From positions 82,770,001 to 82,834,000 of the forward strand of contig OX597817.1 of assembly GCA_951406725.2 (NCBI GenBank): 64,000 bases of DNA. The letters are read 5' to 3'. The position numbers and the translations under genes are program-made. Origin of the DNA: Octopus vulgaris. Taxonomy: Eukaryota. This document shows, piece after piece, positions 55,198-64,000 of this stretch. Below the pieces are notes generated by a model. It made no database searches. It had not been told where the DNA came from and saw only the letters and a program-made list of their open reading frames with translations. Position 1 is the first letter of the stretch, and each line of letters starts with the position of its first letter.

Positions 55198-55342
55198 GCA
55201 AAAACATTATTCTGCTTAGCAAAGGCATCTGGGAAATATATAACTGCTGTCATTCACAGAAAAAACTATTGTTGTACCATGCGAAAAGTGCTGTTGAAGT
55301 GTTAAGTTAAATGTGGCAATCAAGAATCGTATCCACGCTCTA

Positions 55343-55378
<36 letters not shown>

Positions 55379-55499
55379 AATGAAATAAAATGAAAAACAG
55401 GACACAAAGGATTTTATTTCATTTGATACATATTATCCTCTCATTTATGCTACTAGCTGGCATATACAGGTGCTTACATTTATCAAGTATTCACCCTGA

Positions 55500-55551
<52 letters not shown>

Positions 55552-55806
55552 AAAATAGAAAAGAGTGAAAAAACTACAGAAGGCTTGTTTTATTAGGTTA
55601 AAGAATATATTTAGAAAAAATGTTATAAAATTTTGTGTGTAGTAACATAGTTTTGGGAGAAAAACCGGTTTCGTGTAAGCTTTTCAATTTCTCAAAGTTC
55701 TTTACCTACATCGTGTCATGTCTTCGTTATGAAGTGCTACGACTTAAATATATTCTTTAACCTAATAAAACAAGCCTTCTGTAGTTTTGTCACTCTTTTC
55801 TATTTT
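55552..55806. mobile_element. Inverted-repeat element with arms of about 62 bp, in (TA)n
   Basis: AAAATAGAAAAGAGTGA...GGTTAAAGAATATATTTA (55552-55613) reverse-complements 55745-55806. Confidence 0.8.
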
Positions 55807-55842
55807 TTATATATCTAACCACGTGCTGTCACACACCAACCT

Positions 55843-55938
<96 letters not shown>

Positions 55939-55949
55939 TTATATGTATA

Positions 55950-56041
<92 letters not shown>

Positions 56042-56284
56042 GTAATATATATACAATATATATTACATATATATAATATATATTTATATATATATATTGT
56101 ATATTTGATATATATATATATAATATATATTATACATATGTATAGTATATAGTATATATATATATATAATAGATATATGATATATAAATATAATATATAA
56201 TATATATGTGTATATATATATGATATATAATATATATTATATATATGTTATATATTCTATATATAAATATATCATATATATAAG

Positions 56285-57243
56285 TCGTGTAAGTGTGCCC
56301 TAACAAAACCCGTTCAGATTCTCTTCCAGCACTTTCTTGCAAATTGCAGGCTGTCAAGGAAGCTGAAGAAGGGATTAATATGCCCAATCCATAAAGGGGG
56401 AAGCAGACTAGATACCAAAAACTATGGGCCTATCTCTCTAACTTTGCAAATCAGCAAAGTCATGGAAGGGATAGTCAGAGGGAAACTAATCGCATTCCTT
56501 GAGGAAAATAGCTTGCTGAATGATACCCAGCATAGCTTTCGACAAGGTAGGGGCTGCCTGATCCAGCTCTTACAACATTAAGACTGGGTATTGAGGCAGT
56601 TAGCAACTGAAATATAAACGTAATGTAGGTTGATTTTGCAAAAGCTTTAGATAAATTGGATCATGGCATGATATGCCACAAACTGCGTGATCTCAGCGTA
56701 GCTGGAAAACTTGTAGAGTGGTTACATGACTTTCTGAACGATAGAAGTCAGGCAGTAGTGGCCAATGGTGCCACCTCAATGAAAACACAAATAGTGAGCG
56801 GTGTTCGACAAGGCACTCTCTTAGGACCACTGCTTTTCATAGTGGCCCTCTCAGATATGATCTCAACTACCCGGTTAGCAACCGTTGGTTACTACGCAGA
56901 CGATACGAAAGTCTCGCAGAAAGTACAGAATCCTAGCGATGTTGCATACCTGCAACAGGTGTGGGACTCAATTTAGAGATGGGATGAGGATAATAATATG
57001 CAATATAATTTTGAAAAATTCCAAGCCCTGCGCTACCAGCGTCAAAAACTCAATATGAAACTTACACAGTACACTGATCTAGGGGATTACAATCCCAGAA
57101 CCTAAATAAATGAGGGTCCTGGGTATCTACATGAGTGATGATTCCTCTTTCCAAGTGCACATTACCAGGATAGCGACCAAGTGCAGACGACTGGCTGACT
57201 GGATCCTGAGAACATTCAGAATCAAAGAACAGGAAACTATGAT
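56285..57243 (+). mobile_element. CR1/L2-group LINE RT fragment
   Basis: CPIHKGGSRLDTKNYGPISLT, QHSFRQGRGCL, DFAKALDKLDHG, SGVRQGTLLGPLLF, YYADDTK; stops present. Confidence 0.88.
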
Positions 57244-57258
57244 ATGTTATACAAAATT

Positions 57259-57318
<60 letters not shown>

Positions 57319-57325
57319 TATATAC

Positions 57326-57375
<50 letters not shown>

Positions 57376-57532
57376 TATATACATTTTATATATATATATA
57401 TTTATATATATATCATAAATATTATATTTTATATATATTTATATTATATATGTGTATGTATATATATTATATATGTGTATGTATATATATTATACATGTG
57501 CATGTATATATATATTATACACGAGTATGTAT

Positions 57533-57602
<70 letters not shown>

Positions 57603-57603
<1 letters not shown>

Positions 57604-58578
57604 TGAAATAAAACATATGCATATATATAAACATATATGTACGTACCTACCTCTACATGTACATATACACACATATATGAGTACAGGACACCAAAGGGAC
57701 GTCGAACACAAAGAGAAACGAAAACAGACACAAACCAAAGGAAATGGACATTTTTTAAAAACAACAAAAAATGGAGTACAGGACAATTAACACAACGAAA
57801 AAACCCCTTCTTCAGTCGCTAAGGTTTCATCTACTCTACGTTTGGAAGGATAAAAGCGAGACGTATCTTCGACAAGAAACTTTCCTTCCTGCGAAAAGCA
57901 AATCAATTAAAATTCTGAGATCTTTTCGCAGAGGGGTAAAAAATGGTAAAAAAATGGAACCCCCTTCTCGTCGTCCACCCGCGACGATACTTCCGCCCTG
58001 ACTGTCTTTTTTGGCCTGGCTTTCAAGGTAACTGGACGACATTCTTCCTGCTCTCCTGTCGTTCATAAAAAATTCTGCGTTTGCAATATTTTTCGTTCGG
58101 CGTCAACAGCCCTTCTTATCTTGTTTTCCCCTGTCCTGTCTTTTACTGTTTTATTTTTTTACTGTTTATATTTTTTTTACTGTTTATTTTTTGCTGTTTA
58201 TATATTTTGTACTGTCGTTACTGTCCATTTTACCATTTTTTACCCCTCTGCGAAAAGATCTCAGAATTTTAATTGATTTGCTTTTCGCAGGAAGGAAAGT
58301 TTCTTGTCGAAGATACGTCTCGTTTTTATCCTTCGAAACGTAGAGTAGATGAAACCTTAGCGACTGAAGAAGGGGTTTTTTCGTTGTGTTAATTGTCCTG
58401 TACTCCATTTTTTTGTTGTTTTTAAAAAAATGTCCATTTCCTTTGGTTTGTGTCTGTTTTCGTTTCTCTTTGTGTTCGACGTCCCTTTGGTGTCCTGTAC
58501 TCATATATGCGTGTATATGTACATGTAGAGGTAGGTACGTACATATATGTTTATATATATGCATACGTTTTATTTCAT
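57603..58578. mobile_element. Inverted-repeat element with arms of about 350 bp, in (TA)n
   Basis: 57603-~57955 reverse-complements ~58224-58578; spacer about 270 bp; same family as the single copies at 9076 and 36410. Confidence 0.9.
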
Positions 58579-58584
58579 TTATTA

Positions 58585-58615
<31 letters not shown>

Positions 58616-58916
58616 AATACACATGATATATTATTTTAGGTCAAGTATAATAAACTTTGTACAATATCCCACTTAACCATTTCAAAGTAAAAATATCAAA
58701 AAAGTAACGATTTATAATTACTTCATGAAGTGTAAAATATTTAGAATAAAGAAATAGATGCGCCAGAGTTCTAACAAAAAAGAAAGATTCTCAAGATATA
58801 ATAAAATCGCAAAATGTTCAGCTGTCAAAATGTACCATATACCTTGATACAATTTCATACTTGACGTCCTAATATATACATACATACGTTCATATATATA
58901 TATATATATATATATT

Positions 58917-59325
58917 CTTTTTTACTCGTTTCAGTCATTTGGCTGTGGCCATGATGGAGCACCGCCTTTAGTCGAGCAAATCGACTCAGGACTTATTCTT
59001 TGTAAGCCTAGTACTTATTCTATCGGACTCTATTGACGAACCGCTAGGTAACACACCAGCATCGGTTGTCATGCGATGTTGGGGGGACAACCACAGGCAC
59101 ACAAACATATACACACACACATACAGATATATACATATATACGACGGGGTTCTTTCAGTTTCCGTCTTCCAAATCCACTCACAAGGCTTTGGTCGGCCCG
59201 AGGCTATAGTAGAAGATACTTGCCCAAGGTTCCACGCAGTGGGTCTGAACCCGGAACCATGTGGCTGGTAAGCAAGCTACTTACCACACAGTCACTCCTA
59301 CGCCTATGCCACACAGCTACTCCTA
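58917..59325 (-). mobile_element. SINE family B
   Basis: Reverse complement of the 12955/25478 family; head duplicated (CCACACAG...ACTCCTACGCCTAT twice). Confidence 0.8.
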
Positions 59326-59329
59326 CGCC

Positions 59330-59365
<36 letters not shown>

Positions 59366-59366
59366 C

Positions 59367-59398
<32 letters not shown>

Positions 59399-59409
59399 CT
59401 CTATATATA

Positions 59410-59445
<36 letters not shown>

Positions 59446-59451
59446 TATATA

Positions 59452-59484
<33 letters not shown>

Positions 59485-60331
59485 GTATATATATATAAAT
59501 ATATATATGTATATATATAATACATATATATGTATACATAATATATATATACATAAATATATCGTATGCATTTGTGTGTGCCTGTGTGTGTGTTTCATCT
59601 TAAAAAATACCGTATCCCCTTCAAGACTGTCAGATATGTCGTATCTCTTCAAAATAATATTTTATTGAATTTTGTTATGCATAATATCTACAGAGAAAAA
59701 CCAACATTCTACAAATGAGAGGATTTGTTTTACGTTAAAACAATTACACTTGAATATTTCCATAATCAACAGCAAGTTCATCAACCCAGTGAACCTAGGA
59801 AAGTTTTCTCATCAAATCATGTCGCTTGGTTTCGCAAAACCGAAAACAATCCGAACACCGCAATCACGTTATTATCAATCGCATGGTATTTTTCGTTTCC
59901 TCTTCCTGCCCCACTTCAAAATGTCTTTTTAGAAAATATCAAGTTTAAATTGTTATTCAGTTGTGAAATTAGTCCAACTGGTTTATAACATGAAGCAAAA
60001 ACATTAAAAAAAAAAGAAACACATTTATTTAATTTGAACGCGGACATCAAATGTAGCCTTTACTGAAGAGACTCACGCAACTGAAAAGATAGGCTTTCAT
60101 TAAAAGCTTCTCAGTTTCGTATGTTTTTTTTTTATACCTGTTATCGTTATTTCATCTAATATCTTCTGTTTTAATTAGTTTAAACGCTTTCCTAATTCAT
60201 GTTGATTTTTAATATTGAAATAGAGATTTAACAAATAAAACACATGTTTCACCATCAAACCAGAAATGCATAATACAGTTTATTTTACATTAACTAAATA
60301 ATGATAACAACAACAACAACAGCAATAATAA

Positions 60332-60543
60332 TGATTTCAAAATTTGGAAGAAGGCCAGTTATTTCAAGGAAGGGGATAAGTAGATTACATCGACCCTAGT
60401 GCTAAACTGGTTTATTTTATTGACCCCGAAAGGGTGAAAGGCAAATTCAACCTTGACCGAATTTGAACTCAGAACGTAAAAGCAGACGAAATGTTGTTAA
60501 ACATTTTTTCTGATGTTCTAATGATTCTTCCAGCTCGCTACCT
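60332..60543 (-). mobile_element. SINE family A
   Basis: GACCCCGAAAGGGTGAAAGGCAAATTCAACC...GAATTTGAACTCAGAACG. Confidence 0.75.
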
Positions 60544-60654
<111 letters not shown>

Positions 60655-60669
60655 CAACAACTATAGTAA

Positions 60670-61812
60670 TATAAATAGATAGCAGAGTATTAATGCGGTA
60701 TGAGTAAGGAAGAAGAATTTAGCTGTTGGCTGGATAGATTACAGAAAAGCTTACGGCAATATCCGCACACAGCTGACTTTTGGAGTGAGAAGATAATTTT
60801 TTGGGGAAAGCAATGAGAATATGGCAAGTAAAATTGACGTTTGCAAATGAATCGCTAGGCAACGTTAAAATTGCAGAGACATTTTCCACACTTTGCTAAC
60901 CCCACTGGCAAGTATACTAAGAAAATCCAGGCCTGCTTATGAGTTTACCAAATCCAAGATGAGAATAAATCACCTACCTCATATTGATGAACTCAAAATG
61001 TATACAAAAATAAGACAGACCTAGACTCTTTGGTCCAAATCGTGAGAGTATTCAGTAAAGATATTGGAATGCAATTTGAGGTTAATAAATACGCAATTCT
61101 AGTAATCAAGAGAACTCGGAAGGCAAACTCTGATAGCATAAAATTACCACAAGACAACTTCATAAGATCCTTGTGGAATAAGTAGGGGTACAAATATATA
61201 GAAGCGCTGCAAAGTAATAGGATAATGGAAGGTGAAATGAGAGAGAAAGCCACAAAAAAGTACGAGAAAAGTATCAGGAAGTTGCACAATATAAAATCAA
61301 ATGGCAGGAACATCATTAAAGACATAAATACACGGGCTATGCCCGTACTTAGATATGTGGTCCTCTTCTGAAATAGACAAACGTCGAACGACAGAACCTG
61401 AATAGAAGAATTAGGAAGCCACTCACAATGTATAACGCAGTCTACCATAGAAGTAATACCGAGCGACTCTACCTATCAAGAAAGGAAGGATGCAGAGGAT
61501 TGCTAAACGCAGAAGATACTATATCTCAACACTGCGAAACTGTATCTCAAAAATTATATTGTGCAGAGTAGAGAAAAAATGCTATCGGCAGCCTAACATG
61601 CCTCCAAAGTGACTGAAATAGAAGAATTCAAAGAGAAAAGGAAGAACAACACAACTGAGCCAGCAGATGGAACAAAATGGAACTACGTGGTTAGTTTATG
61701 CAACAAACTGAGAATGTCGCTGGCTCTGGATAACAAGCAGGAACTTGAAACGAGAGACAGATACGCAAATTATAGCCGCTCAGTAACTAGCCCTTAGAAC
61801 AAACCATATAAA
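60670..61812 (+). mobile_element. Decayed RT-to-thumb fragment of an RLE-clade LINE
   Basis: NLAVGWIDYRKAYG, INHLPHIDELKMY, VFSKDIGMQFEVNKYA, ERLYLSRKEGCRGL, LKRETDTQIIAAQ. Confidence 0.8.
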
Positions 61813-64000
61813 GTTTTGAAGGATTTTAAGTGAAAACTTAAAGGGATGTAACTAAATATTGCAAAGTACTCAACTCTTTCTGGCAATCCACTGTCGTTTC
61901 ACTGACGAATATAATGTAAATTAAATATGCACGTCTATAACGTGAATGTCTTCGCATATTTGCTTTTAATGTGATGCTTTTGATGTGATGTATTGGCACG
62001 GGTTAGATAATTCTGTGTTTAACCTAACATAATGTCAATGAAAGACGAATGCATATTCTAGAAAATATCTGTGGTGCTGACTCATTGCATTAAATATGTT
62101 CTTGAATATATTTAAGAACGGTACTTCTGCACCACTAATTGTGATTTTATTACACGAATCGACCATTGTAAATTTTAGAAATTATGAAATTCTAAGATGG
62201 ATTATTTTTCGATTATTCTCTTTGATATGAGCGTCTCAACTGAATATCCATTACAATACAAGACGTGAGTATACTGATATTATACTAACTGCCGGCTGTT
62301 TCTTCATTCATGTTTTTGTGTGTTATGTTAATTTGCTGTAGGCTTTTGCATAAAGTAACCTATTGAGATTAAGAATAACTCTTGAAGATCGATGAAACGT
62401 TGGGCCGAATACTTACCCTGTTTAAAAAAACAATATATCAAAAATAGACAAACTTTGAAATTAAGAGTTTAGTTTCCCTGGAAAGTTCGCTTGAGTTGGA
62501 CGTATAAATCCTTATTTATTCAGATTCATATATAACTGGAAAGAAATGACTGTTTTACTTTTCACAACCTTCATTTATTTGCATAGGGAGAATAAATAAT
62601 ATTTTATAAAATAATGTAGCGATCTGATTCATTCTTAGTCTCCAACATTTTATTTAAATGTAATATTTTATTTTAGTGTCAGGAAAAACAGCGGACGTAT
62701 TTAAATATAAATAACCAATGTTTGAAGAGAATTCTTGGCGAGCATATTAAATTTCATTTAACATGAGTGCTAAATGAGTGTATACCTAAGACTGAGACAA
62801 TAGAGTGTATTATAGTGTTATATTCACAGGTTTTAAGGTCGAGTACAAACAGCATTTTTGCATCGAAATGGCATTTGATACATCTGGAATCGATAAAGTT
62901 AGTACTAGTGAAAATATGCAGATGACAGTCAGATGAACAGTTGGCAGGGTAACAATATAAGAAAGTTTAAACCATAAATTAAAAGATGAGAAATATTGTA
63001 TTACACTGATTTAATTATGTTGTGAGCGATCTGATACCAAACAAATAGTTTTCAAAATAAATTTTCAACAATTTTCGATAAAAATTGACACATTGCCTCA
63101 TCTTATTAAAGAGTACTGATGATTTTCATTTAAAGACAAAAATAATCAATAAATATAAAACTAAACAAACTGCAACAGATATAATGTAATGTAATCCTTA
63201 GCTTTTAAGTATATATATTCCCTCGGCGTTTAAATGTATATCTCAGATACTTGTTTATTAACGTCAGTTAGGAAATTTTGAACATGCTAAATTGATTACC
63301 AATTTTAAAAGCCCTCAAAAGACCTTAGTTTTGAAATAGTTATCAGTTAATCTGTACTATACATAAATATTAAATTTCCGTATTTGACTTGTGGTACAAA
63401 TGTACACTATTACTTCACCAGGAATTATTCTCAATGCTTCTAATTAGAAACCTGTCACCTGCACAAATGCCTATTCACTCTCTAGATATGTTTCCCATTC
63501 GCATGAATACGATCTACAACTTCCAGATACTTCACTTCAAATGTTAGTACCTCGGAATTTCCTTCATCTTTTATTCATAATCATCTAGTAAGAAAGCGCT
63601 GTTGTCTTTAACTGCGTCTATCCCAATGGTCTCAGTGTGTGTGTCTTTGAAGGTTATGCATACACCCAGAGCAGCCCGATAAAAAAAAAGAGATGGGAAC
63701 GGACAAAGCATAATTTATGTGAAATAAACAATTTGTTTCTCAACTCTCATTGTATAGTTCAAATGATGTGTCATCTTGTATAGTTAATTGTTGATATTCA
63801 AAATGCTCCAGAGTGTCTCTTGAACTCTGCAAAGACCTATTTGATCCTGTAGTTATTAATGTCATCTGAAATGTCATCATAATGTTGGTGATTTATAAAG
63901 CAATAATGATCTCACCACCATCCTATTTTAGCCTAATATTTTTAAGGCTGATTTAGACTATATCATAGATGAAAAAACTGCCAATAATATTCAGTAATTT

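Overview
AT-rich, microsatellite-dense animal genomic DNA, probably cephalopod/Octopus (inferred from repeat content), with no recognisable host protein-coding gene. Most ORF-track entries are translations of (TA)n, (CA)n, (AAT)n and (TATC)n tracts. Recognisable elements are: about seven fragments of R4/Dong-like RLE-type LINEs (one young copy with an open CCHC+RLE frame), one RTE and one CR1/L2 RT fragment, mariner and maT/Tc1-like transposase remnants, several tRNA-derived SINE families, MITEs, and a Penelope-like GIY-YIG remnant. The most striking signal is a set of non-coding inserts in or beside (TA)n tracts that carry type I hammerhead ribozyme (HHR) folds. Catalytic cores are intact at 920-1026 (-), 4395-4432 (-, truncated at the cleavage site), 4944-4994 (-), 8621-8671 (+) and 37186-37276 (-), and there are several decayed copies. 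The inserts have direct-terminal-repeat (retrozyme/pLTR-like) or inverted-repeat architecture, and in two cases an insert end lies at or a few nt from the predicted self-cleavage site. All folds and coordinates were worked out by eye and no database search was run.
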